Of a stretch of DNA of 64,000 bases, positions 39,362 through 47,507 are shown one piece after another; the stretch's first letter is position 1, and each line of letters starts with the position of its first letter. Made by a program: the position numbers and the translations under genes. Origin of the DNA: Candidatus Anstonellales archaeon (GTDB taxonomy: Archaea > Micrarchaeota > Micrarchaeia > Anstonellales > J096); NCBI GenBank assembly GCA_038890745.1, contig JAWAFD010000002.1, positions 183,130-247,129 of the forward strand, given 5' to 3'. A model generated the notes under the pieces. It was not told the origin of the DNA, made no database searches, and was given only the letters and a program-made list of their open reading frames with translations.

Positions 39362-39844
39362 TTAAACATATTCTTTTATTTCAGCAAAAACCTTCTTTTT
39401 CGTCTCCCCCCAAAAAAGCACCCTCTTTCCAAGCCCCTTGGCTTTTTCGATATCCTCCTCGCTGGAAACAACAACATCATTTACAAAATCAATCCCTTCA
39501 ACATCCTCCCAATTTTTTATTTTTCCAACAAGGAGTTTTTTGCCATCTTTAAAATTTTGAAGAATCCTGCATGGTAGATCCACAACAACCCTTGCCTTTA
39601 CGCCGAGCAGTTTTTTTATTATCCGTTCCTCGCACGGTACCTCAACCTGAATGTTTATTATGTAAGTAAGCTTATCGTAGATATCAAAATTCTTCATCGT
39701 TTTTATATCCAGATCCTTTATGTGCAGAAGCTTTACTCCGCTTTCCTTCATTTTTTTCGCGATAGCGAGCGGGTTTCCGACAAGCCTTGGTTGCGAATAG
39801 CAAAAAAATTGCTTATCCTTAAGAAGAAAAGCAAAGGCGTTCAT
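39362..39844 (-). CDS. Short HisA/HisF-related protein
   Basis: GNPLAIAKKMKESGVKLLHIKDLD...NFDIY...INIQVE...LLGVKARVV resembles the N-terminal half of the HisA/HisF barrel. Confidence 0.55.
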   Translation of the reverse strand: MNAFAFLLKDKQFFCYSQPRLVGNPLAIAKKMKESGVKLLHIKDLDIKTMKNFDIYDKLTYIINIQVEVPCEERIIKKLLGVKARVVVDLPCRILQNFKDGKKLLVGKIKNWEDVEGIDFVNDVVVSSEEDIEKAKGLGKRVLFWGETKKKVFAEIKEYV

Positions 39845-39891
39845 ACAGTAGACATCAAGCAAATATTTATAATATTTGTTATCTATTTTTT

Positions 39892-41319
39892 TTGGGTGAG
39901 AAATTGGCCGAAAGAGAGGTTGTAGTGGAAAAGAGAGGGGGTATGCTTACAACGATTCTTCTTGTTCTCATCCTTATTGGACTGGTTGTTGTGGCATACT
40001 TCCTATGGAAAGGAACGGCGGTTGGGAAAGTTGTTTATCTGCCGGAAGGGGAAGCAGGAAAGATTACAGAATCTGGTGGGAACACAGTGATAGCTGTTGA
40101 TTGTTGCGGATGTTATGATGGCGGCAAAACAATCAGAGGGTATTGCGATTGCGACCTTACATTCAGGCCTGTTTGCACAGAGGGCGGAATAACGTACCTG
40201 AACCCAGCAGCAGCGCAACAAGCAGGAGCGACCGTTGTTCACTACGGAGTGTGCGAAGAAGAAAAAGAAACATGCACGGATACGGATGGAGGAAAGAACT
40301 ACTATGAGTACGGAACAACCTATACATCAAAAGAGAGAGCTGCAGATTTCTGCGAAAAAACAACACTTGTAGAGTACTACTGCGAAGGCACTGAAATAAA
40401 GAAAGAAACATTCAAGTGCGAGTATGGATGTGAAAATGGCGCATGCGCAAGGCAGGGCTGCACAGAGACGGATAAGGGAGATGACCCGTACACATATGGA
40501 ATAGTGTATTTCGGAAACGTGAAGTATGAGGATTTCTGCGAAAAAACAATTCTCACTGAATACTATTGCGAAGGGAGTACCGTAAAAAACAAAACATACA
40601 GATGTGAAGGAATGTGCGAACGAGGCCAGTGCATTAAGCAGACATGCACAGAAACAGATAAAGGAAGGGACTATGAGACAAAGGGACAAACAACCGGCTA
40701 CCTTGATGGAGTATACGGACTGTACATAGACTACTGCACCCAGCAGACAGGAATGACAGCGCTCGTACCATCAAGACTTGTTGAATACTACTGCGATGGA
40801 AATGTTGTGAAAAAAGAAACAGTCGAGTGCGAAGCAGGAAAGGTTTGCTCTGATGGTAAGTGCGTTAAGCAGGAGGGATGCACAGAAACAGACGATGGAG
40901 ATGACATAGCGCACAAAGGTACAACGACAGGCTACCTTGATGGAGTATACGGAAGATATACGGACTACTGCACCCAAGACCAGTATGGCTATCCTATGCT
41001 TGTTGAATACTACTGCGATGGGAACGTTGTCAAATCCAGAACAGAGCAGCAGAACTGCCCAATGTGTGAAGATGGAGCGTGTGTTACTGTTGAAAGGTAC
41101 GCATGCAGCGATAGCGATAAAGGGAAGGAGAGCTACACAAAAGGGACCATAACATACACAATATACTACAGCAATGGAAGGCGTGAGAGCAGCACATACA
41201 CAGATTACTGCTATGATCAGAACAATGTTCTTGAGTACTATTGCATAACTGATGGATTTAGTTCAGAGATAATAAAATGCCCATATGGATGTAGAGACGG
41301 TGTGTGCATTGTTGGGTAG
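39892..41319 (+). CDS. Membrane-anchored Cys-rich repeat protein with a degenerate Kazal-like domain
   Basis: N-terminal TM helix, RPVCTEGGITYLN motif and five C-x-D/E-T/S-D-x-G...EYYC...C-x-x-G-x-C repeats. Confidence 0.75.
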   Translation: MGEKLAEREVVVEKRGGMLTTILLVLILIGLVVVAYFLWKGTAVGKVVYLPEGEAGKITESGGNTVIAVDCCGCYDGGKTIRGYCDCDLTFRPVCTEGGITYLNPAAAQQAGATVVHYGVCEEEKETCTDTDGGKNYYEYGTTYTSKERAADFCEKTTLVEYYCEGTEIKKETFKCEYGCENGACARQGCTETDKGDDPYTYGIVYFGNVKYEDFCEKTILTEYYCEGSTVKNKTYRCEGMCERGQCIKQTCTETDKGRDYETKGQTTGYLDGVYGLYIDYCTQQTGMTALVPSRLVEYYCDGNVVKKETVECEAGKVCSDGKCVKQEGCTETDDGDDIAHKGTTTGYLDGVYGRYTDYCTQDQYGYPMLVEYYCDGNVVKSRTEQQNCPMCEDGACVTVERYACSDSDKGKESYTKGTITYTIYYSNGRRESSTYTDYCYDQNNVLEYYCITDGFSSEIIKCPYGCRDGVCIVG

Positions 41320-41432
41320 TTAAAATTTTCCTTTCCTTTTCTTTTTTATCCATGTCTTAATTTTTCATAAAAAACCACTCAACATTTCAATGAGCAGCCC
41401 ACATAATTTTAAAAGAATTATCTACCAAATCG

Positions 41433-42827
41433 ATGAGCATGAATATTTTTGAAAACAAAGTGTTTTGGCTTATTTTTATTGTTCTTACAGTTTTGGTTGT
41501 ATCTTCATATATAGGTTTTGAGGAGAAGCAGATAATTTCCATTGTAATCCTAAGCTCCTTCATTTCAGGTACGCTGCTTTTCTGGGACCAGAGGCTTGCA
41601 TTTGCTTTTTTAGGTGTGAGCACTCTTCTGGTTTCTGGTGTTTTGGATGTGGAACATTTTGTCCATTTTGCATCACTGGACATTATCGCATTTCTCATTG
41701 CAATGATGGTTTTTATAGGCTATCTAGAGAAAAATAAACTTTTTGAGTTTATTTTGAGTGAGCTTATCCCGCCGCTATCAGGAAAGCCGAAATTTATGCT
41801 TGCCTTCATTCTTTTTATCTCCGCAGTTTTTGCAGCAATAGTGGATGAGGTTACCTCCATACTCTTTATGCTCAGTATACTACTCGCTCTTACAGGAAAA
41901 CTTCGCATAAATCCGGCCCCATTTATAATAATGGTTGTTTTTGCAACGAATATAGGCAGCAGCGCAACAGCCATAGGAAATCCAATAGGCGTTATGATAG
42001 CATTGAAGGGAGGTTTTTCTTTTTCTGATTTTATTGCGAATGCAACCCCCATAAGCATATCCGTGCTTGTTGTGGCAATCCTCCTTTGTTTTATCATATT
42101 TAGGAAAGAAATATCCGAGATGGAAAAGCGCGTTATCGATATGAAAAACGAAAAATTGTTTGAAAAGGTTTATATGGATTTTTCAATTTTTAGGTCCATT
42201 CTTGTTTTTTTGTTGGTTTTTGCGCTTCTCGTATTCCACCATCAGATAGAGGAGATGCTTCATCTGCAGAAGAACAACATGCTTCTCGGCGCTGCGTTTC
42301 TCGGCGCTGGGCTCGCAATACTCTTTGAGAGAGAAAAGGCTAGGAGCCTTGTAGAGACAAGGGTCGACTGGTGGACCCTTACATTCTTTATCATGCTTTT
42401 TTCATCCGTTGGTGCGCTGAAATATGTTGGGGTAACTTCATGGGCTGCGCAGAGGATCATTGCGCAATTTGGAAATGACCTGGAGGTCCTTACCGCAGTT
42501 ATTATGTTTTCCTCCGGTCTACTGAGCGCCATGCTGGACAATGTTCTTGCCGTTGCTTCATTCATTCCTGTTCTTGAAAGCATGAAGGAGCTGGGCATCT
42601 CTTCATCAGTATTCTGGTGGGCTTTGCTTTTCGGTGGAACTTTGTTCGGAAATCTTACCGTGATAGGAAGTACCGCGAATATAGTTGCGGTTGGAATTGC
42701 AGAAAGAAACTGGGGTATAAAAATAGGGTTTTTGGAATGGCTGAGGGCAGGGTTTATCGTTACCTTATTTACTACCTTTGTTGCACTTGGTTTGGTTTAT
42801 GTTCTGAACGGATTATGGGTGGTATGA
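41433..42827 (+). CDS. ArsB/NhaD (SLC13/CitMHS-like) family permease
   Basis: Many TM helices with ATNIGSSATAIGNP, SAMLDNV and GNLTVIGSTANIV motifs. Confidence 0.85.
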   Translation: MSMNIFENKVFWLIFIVLTVLVVSSYIGFEEKQIISIVILSSFISGTLLFWDQRLAFAFLGVSTLLVSGVLDVEHFVHFASLDIIAFLIAMMVFIGYLEKNKLFEFILSELIPPLSGKPKFMLAFILFISAVFAAIVDEVTSILFMLSILLALTGKLRINPAPFIIMVVFATNIGSSATAIGNPIGVMIALKGGFSFSDFIANATPISISVLVVAILLCFIIFRKEISEMEKRVIDMKNEKLFEKVYMDFSIFRSILVFLLVFALLVFHHQIEEMLHLQKNNMLLGAAFLGAGLAILFEREKARSLVETRVDWWTLTFFIMLFSSVGALKYVGVTSWAAQRIIAQFGNDLEVLTAVIMFSSGLLSAMLDNVLAVASFIPVLESMKELGISSSVFWWALLFGGTLFGNLTVIGSTANIVAVGIAERNWGIKIGFLEWLRAGFIVTLFTTFVALGLVYVLNGLWVV

Positions 42828-43286
42828 ATGGATGTTATAAAAAGAGATGGTAGGATTGAAAAGTTTTCTAAAGAAAAGATGGTAAGGGCGATAGTAAATG
42901 CTGGTGCAAAATTAAACGATGCTAAAGCTATTGCGGATAGGGCAGAAAAGGAATTCGGCAAGCGTGAAAAAATTAGTTCTTCCGAGCTCAGAAGATTTGT
43001 GATCTCAGAACTAGAAAAACTTGAGAAGGATATCGCTAAAAGATTTGCCGAGTTTGTAAAAGTAAAGAGAGAGATTGCTAAGACGGAGGAGTTTGACAAA
43101 AAACTCGTTGCACTTTGCGGTGAGAGCGGAGTGGTTAGACATGTTTATGGTGGGTATGAGATAGAGATCAATGATGAGATAGTTTTTGATTATTCAGCCG
43201 TATTTCTCGAACTCATAAGGATTAGAAAGATGAAAGTTTCCATCGAAGAGAGGGATGGAAAGATCGTCATCATTGCTCGACCATAG
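42828..43286 (+). CDS. ATP-cone domain protein
   Basis: VIKRDGRIEKFSKEKMVRAI...ISSSELRRFVISELE. Confidence 0.75.
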   Translation: MDVIKRDGRIEKFSKEKMVRAIVNAGAKLNDAKAIADRAEKEFGKREKISSSELRRFVISELEKLEKDIAKRFAEFVKVKREIAKTEEFDKKLVALCGESGVVRHVYGGYEIEINDEIVFDYSAVFLELIRIRKMKVSIEERDGKIVIIARP

Positions 43287-44520
43287 TTTTCAGTTTTTTT
43301 ATACATTCATTCAGGCTAGAAAACTCCTCCTTCCCGCTCTCCATGCTACGCAGTGTTATCTTTCCTTCTTTCTTTTCCTTCTCCCCAACAATCGCAACAT
43401 ATGGGATCTTAAGCGCATTCGCGTACTCAAACTGTTTTCTCAGATTCCTATCGTTCAAATCGACTTCTGTACATATTCCAGCTTTTCTTAATTCTTCTGC
43501 AATCTTCAAGGCATAGGGATAAAACTCCGGTTTAACATTTGCAACAAAAATTTTTGTTGTTGTTTCACGTGCGTTTTCTTCACCCCTTTTGTTTATTAAA
43601 TATATCAACCTCTCAATCCCAAAACTTATCCCCGTTGCATACTCCCCGCTTCCGTACAAACCAATCAATCCATCATACCTTCCGCCAGCAGCAACGCTTC
43701 CTATCTCCTCGCTCAGCTTCACCTCAAATATCGGCCCTGTGTAGTACGCAAGTCCCCTCACCAAAAACAGATCAACCTCTGCTTTTGGGAAATATGTTAA
43801 AATCTCCTCCAATTCCCTTGCCCCTTCTTCACTATACCTCGCCGCAAATTCAAGTTTTTCCCTATTCTTTCCCCCAACCTTTAAACTTTCTAATATCTCC
43901 TCAGTTTTTTTCATCCCAACTTTTCCTTCGAGCTCTTTCCTCACACCATTCTCTCCTATTTTGTCTATTTTATCCAAGCTTCTGAAAACATCCTCTCTCT
44001 TTTTTTCATCTATCCCCCAACTTTCAGCCAATCCATTTAGGATTTTCCTGTTGTTTAGAAGGAATTTTGCATTCTTCAATTCAAACCCCAGCCCTTTCAG
44101 TACATCGTAGGTTAAGTTTAGAAGCTCCCCTTCTGCCCGCATGCTTTTTGTCCCGACAATGTCTGCATCAGCCTGCATGAATTCTCTGTACCTTCCTTTC
44201 TGAGCCTCCTCATTTCTCCACACCTTTGCGATCGCATACCTCTTAAACGGTTTTGGAATCTCAAGATTGCTCGCAACGAACCTTGCAAGCGGAACGGTTA
44301 AGTCAAACCTTAATCCTATCTCCTCACCCTTTATTCTGAAAATCTGCTGCTTTATCTCTTCGCCGCTTTTTGCGGTAAGCACATCCAAAAATTCCATGGC
44401 TGGCGTATCCAGGGGTCTGAACCCGTATAGCTTGAATTTCTCCTCTATTTTCTCCACTACCCATTCTCGTATGAGCATTTCCTTTGGGCCAAAATCCCGC
44501 ATTCCTGTTGGTGTTTTCAT
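43270..44520 (-). CDS. hisS: Histidine--tRNA ligase
   Basis: PTGMRDF, LRFDLTVPLAR, GRYREFMQAD, RGLAYYTG, AGGRYD, GIERL and an anticodon-binding domain. Confidence 0.97.
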   Translation of the reverse strand: MKTPTGMRDFGPKEMLIREWVVEKIEEKFKLYGFRPLDTPAMEFLDVLTAKSGEEIKQQIFRIKGEEIGLRFDLTVPLARFVASNLEIPKPFKRYAIAKVWRNEEAQKGRYREFMQADADIVGTKSMRAEGELLNLTYDVLKGLGFELKNAKFLLNNRKILNGLAESWGIDEKKREDVFRSLDKIDKIGENGVRKELEGKVGMKKTEEILESLKVGGKNREKLEFAARYSEEGARELEEILTYFPKAEVDLFLVRGLAYYTGPIFEVKLSEEIGSVAAGGRYDGLIGLYGSGEYATGISFGIERLIYLINKRGEENARETTTKIFVANVKPEFYPYALKIAEELRKAGICTEVDLNDRNLRKQFEYANALKIPYVAIVGEKEKKEGKITLRSMESGKEEFSSLNECIKKLKTMVEQ

Positions 44521-44524
44521 GGGT

Positions 44525-44560
44525 TTATTCTTTCTTAAAATATGCTTTAAACCTATCGGT
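44525..44560 (-). pseudogene. Displaced duplicate of the last 12 codons of scpB (TDRFKAYFKKE*)
   Basis: 31/36 nt identical to 44792-44827 (TDKFKAYFKKE*); ends 4 bp before the hisS ATG. Confidence 0.85.
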
Positions 44561-44619
44561 AGAGGAACCAGGGGAACCTACGGTTCCCCCATTTCCTTCT
44601 AATCTCCCACCCCCTCCCT
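44561..44619. repeat. 59-bp direct repeat, copy 1, with GGGGAAC-CTACG-GTTCCCC hairpin
   Basis: Identical to 44687-44745. Confidence 0.95.
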
Positions 44620-44641
44620 TGAAACAGAAAATAAAATTTAT

Positions 44642-44686
44642 CGCCAGGGAGGAGATTTGAACTCCTAAGCCCTTACGGGCACCAGA
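44642..44686 (-). tRNA. 3' half only of a long-variable-arm tRNA, most likely tRNA-Ser
   Basis: Minus strand reads TCTGG (anticodon stem 3' side), GCCC-GTAA-GGGC variable arm, AGGAG-TTCAAAT-CTCCT T-arm, CCCTGGC acceptor strand and G73. No 5' half or anticodon is adjacent. Confidence 0.8.
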
Positions 44687-44745
44687 AGAGGAACCAGGGG
44701 AACCTACGGTTCCCCCATTTCCTTCTAATCTCCCACCCCCTCCCT
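44687..44745. repeat. 59-bp direct repeat, copy 2
   Basis: Identical to 44561-44619; abuts the tRNA half exactly. Confidence 0.95.
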
Positions 44746-44791
44746 AATTTTGTATAAATTAGTAGACGAAATATCATCGTTAAGAAGCGCT

Positions 44792-45259
44792 CTACTCTTT
44801 CTTAAAATATGCTTTGAACTTGTCGGTTAAATAAAGTTTTTTGCTCCTTCCTGCCTTCACCTGCTTCACAAACCCTTTTTCTGTTATCTCTTTTATGTAT
44901 TCATACATCTGCGTTCCGAGCACTTTCACAACTTCGCTCTTTAAAATTCCATCATGATTTGCAATATACGCGAGCACTTTCAGGGCACCTTTGCTTAGCT
45001 CTGTTTCTTTTGCAAACTCTTTTACAAAAGGCAGATATTCCTCCCTTACGCGCATTATGTACTTTCCGGCAATCTCCTTTATTTCAATCGCACTTCCCTT
45101 CTGTCTGTACTCCTCGCTAAGCTCATTTATTAGATTTATTATATATCCCGGTGCATCTATGCCTGTGATTTTTTTCAACTCCTCGGGTGCGATCTCCCGG
45201 GAGGACATAAAAAGGGCAGCCTCTATTACCCTTTTTTTGTCCAGATCTTGCTCACTCAT
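44792..45259 (-). CDS. scpB: SMC-Scp complex subunit ScpB
   Basis: IEAALFMS, LSKGALKVLAYIA and GRSKKLYLTDKF. Confidence 0.92.
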   Translation of the reverse strand: MSEQDLDKKRVIEAALFMSSREIAPEELKKITGIDAPGYIINLINELSEEYRQKGSAIEIKEIAGKYIMRVREEYLPFVKEFAKETELSKGALKVLAYIANHDGILKSEVVKVLGTQMYEYIKEITEKGFVKQVKAGRSKKLYLTDKFKAYFKKE

Positions 45260-45924
45260 GCCTTCATCGCCTCGGGCAGAATTTTTATGAAAATTTCTCC
45301 GAAATACTCATCCTGCCTTAGGTCTAGCTTCTCTTCCTGTGAAAGATGCAGAACTGGAAGAAGCTTTCTTACAATCTCCTTTGGTTCGCCGGTTTCTATT
45401 ATTGAAGAAAACATCACCCATCCCTCGCTGTCCATTTTTGCTATAAGGGATGACAAAACAGCATCTATTTCCTCCTGCATGTTTCTGTGCTCTATTTCAT
45501 AGAAAACCTCCTCAAGCTGGATTGTTTTTACAACATTTTTTCTCTCGTATTTCATTACCCTCTCCATTTCTTCAAGAAGCTCATTAAGCGTAATCGGTTT
45601 TTTGGGCGGTATTCTTGAAACCATCTCCAGCTGCGGAATCACCCCGGCATCTGAAATCGCCACATCTTCATTTCCGTTCTGCTCTTCCGCAGTGATTGGG
45701 AGGTACAAACTTTTGAATTTGAGAAGAATCGCGCATGCGAGAACGATGTTTGCCGGGAGCTCCAGCTCAACCTTGCGCATCTCCTTTATCTTTTCTAAAA
45801 ATGCGTCTGTAAGTGCAGAGATGTCAATATCCCATGGGTCAAGCTTTTTCGTTGTAATAAGTTCTACGAGCACCGTTCTCCATGTGGGTTTTTCCACTAT
45901 TTTCTCGATGTTGAGGGAGGACAT
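45256..45924 (-). CDS. scpA: Kleisin ScpA
   Basis: LDPWDIDISALTDAFL, AILLKFKS and LLPVLHL...LRQDEYFGEIFI. Confidence 0.92.
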   Translation of the reverse strand: MSSLNIEKIVEKPTWRTVLVELITTKKLDPWDIDISALTDAFLEKIKEMRKVELELPANIVLACAILLKFKSLYLPITAEEQNGNEDVAISDAGVIPQLEMVSRIPPKKPITLNELLEEMERVMKYERKNVVKTIQLEEVFYEIEHRNMQEEIDAVLSSLIAKMDSEGWVMFSSIIETGEPKEIVRKLLPVLHLSQEEKLDLRQDEYFGEIFIKILPEAMKA

Positions 45925-45987
45925 ACGTAGGTTTAATAAACTGTTCTGTTTTTATACTTTTTGGATGGTTAGTTTTCGGGTGATCAG

Positions 45988-47091
45988 ATGGCACTTGTAA
46001 AAGCGACAATTCTTGATTCAAGCGAACCCCTCTCAAAAGCACTGGATGAGCTTTTGACAACCGGGACCGCGGTTGTGATAACGAAAGGCGGAAAATATTT
46101 TGGAATAGTGGATGACAGAAACATCCGGGCTGGAATAAAGGACCCGAACAATGTTAAATGCGAGTCTGTTGCGGTTAAAGCACCAAGAATCTACCTCGAC
46201 CTTTCTCTGCCAGAAAAGATTTCTAGGTTTTCAGCCGGATATTTCAAAGCCCTCCCTGTTGTAAACAAGGATGATATTGTGCTTGGATTGTATACCATTG
46301 ATATGCTGCTACTCGATATGCTAAAGGAGAACGTTTTTTCCTCGCTTCCTGTTTCAGAATTCATGGCAAAGCCGGCCTATGCAATAGAACGAACAGAAAC
46401 ATTCGGCGCTGCAAAAACAAAAATGAAAAAACTAAAAACACATCATCTTGTTGTTGTTTCAAAAGGAAAGGTTGAGGGGGTGGTTTCAACGCACGATTTT
46501 CTTGCGTTCATCGGCCATTCCAGAGACAGGCAAGGTTTTCAATTGGTTAGTCAAATAACTAATGAAAACGACCTTCCTATATCTGACTTCCTCCGGGAAC
46601 CCGCGGTTCTTCTCTCCCCTAACATCAGCCTGAAAGATGCAGTAAGAGAGATGGCAGAGCGCAAGGTTTCCTACGCAGTGGTTGTGGATGAAAGCAGAAA
46701 ACCTCTTGGTATACTTTCTGCGTCTGATATAATAAAAGAAAGCACGAAGGTTTTCTCATATGTTCCTGAGGTTGTTGTTACCGGGCTTTCCGGAGAAGAC
46801 CTCTACCACCATGATGAGATAAAAAACGCAGTTGCAAAAGCCCTTGAAAAATTCTCAAAATCATTTGATATAAGCAAATGCACTGTGCATGTAAAAAAAG
46901 GAAAGTCAACCTACAAAATAGATGCAACCATTATAGTTGATCAGAACCCAATCCACATTACGATGGAAAAGTACAACATTGCCGAAACTACGCGACTGCT
47001 TGTAGATGAAATACTAACTGTGCTTAGAAAATTGAAGGATAAGAAAAGCGAAAAGAAAACAACCATCATTGAAGAGGAGGAGTATCTATGA
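45988..47091 (+). CDS. Tandem CBS-domain protein with C-terminal HPF/RaiA-like domain
   Basis: Four CBS motifs (YFGIVDDRNI, LPVVN, VEGVVSTHD, PLGILSASDI) plus a ~95-aa beta-alpha-beta-beta-beta-alpha tail. Confidence 0.8.
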   Translation: MALVKATILDSSEPLSKALDELLTTGTAVVITKGGKYFGIVDDRNIRAGIKDPNNVKCESVAVKAPRIYLDLSLPEKISRFSAGYFKALPVVNKDDIVLGLYTIDMLLLDMLKENVFSSLPVSEFMAKPAYAIERTETFGAAKTKMKKLKTHHLVVVSKGKVEGVVSTHDFLAFIGHSRDRQGFQLVSQITNENDLPISDFLREPAVLLSPNISLKDAVREMAERKVSYAVVVDESRKPLGILSASDIIKESTKVFSYVPEVVVTGLSGEDLYHHDEIKNAVAKALEKFSKSFDISKCTVHVKKGKSTYKIDATIIVDQNPIHITMEKYNIAETTRLLVDEILTVLRKLKDKKSEKKTTIIEEEEYL

Positions 47092-47507
47092 TAAGAAAAG
47101 GACAGGTTTCAACCGAGCTTATTGCTGTCATTGCCTTTGTTTTATTCCTATTCATTCCGGCGCTGTTTTTTGCGTACAGCAAATCCGGCGAGATAACAAA
47201 CGAGCTTGATATGAGAAAAGCCTATGTTTCTGTCGAGAGACTTTCCTCCCTTGCGAACTCCGTCGGCTATTGCGGTCAGAATTCATCCATAGTTGCTGAG
47301 ATAGATGTTCCAGGGAGTGTTGAAAAAATAGAGTTCAGGTCATACGGAGATGGTGGGGAGGTTGTTGCCCATCTTTTAGATGGCGGGGACATCGTGAAGC
47401 CGGTTTCCTTCCGGATAGAAGGTGATCCCCTTACTCCGGGATTTTACAGGATTGAGATATCCTCAGATGGAGAAAGGGTTTATGCAAAGAAATTCCCATC
47501 TTCATAG
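47088..47507 (+). CDS. Pilin-like protein (class III signal peptide)
   Basis: RKG/QVSTELIAVIAFVLFLFI with E at +5. Confidence 0.8.
   Translation: MIRKGQVSTELIAVIAFVLFLFIPALFFAYSKSGEITNELDMRKAYVSVERLSSLANSVGYCGQNSSIVAEIDVPGSVEKIEFRSYGDGGEVVAHLLDGGDIVKPVSFRIEGDPLTPGFYRIEISSDGERVYAKKFPSS

Larger units (their letters stand above)
44561..44827 (-). mobile_element. Putative miniature/remnant integrative element in the scpB 3' end
   Basis: Bounded by two versions of the scpB 3' end. Contains two 59-bp repeats and a tRNA 3' half. No integrase gene in the window. Confidence 0.6.

Noticed and set aside
44561..44745. CRISPR array
   Set aside because: Only two repeats of 59 bp with a 67-bp spacer, and no cas genes or leader.
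44642..44790. Complete or intron-containing tRNA gene
   Set aside because: No GCCAGGG acceptor 5' strand or D-arm exists between the fragment and scpB. Leu was disfavoured because of the GGC-G73 end.
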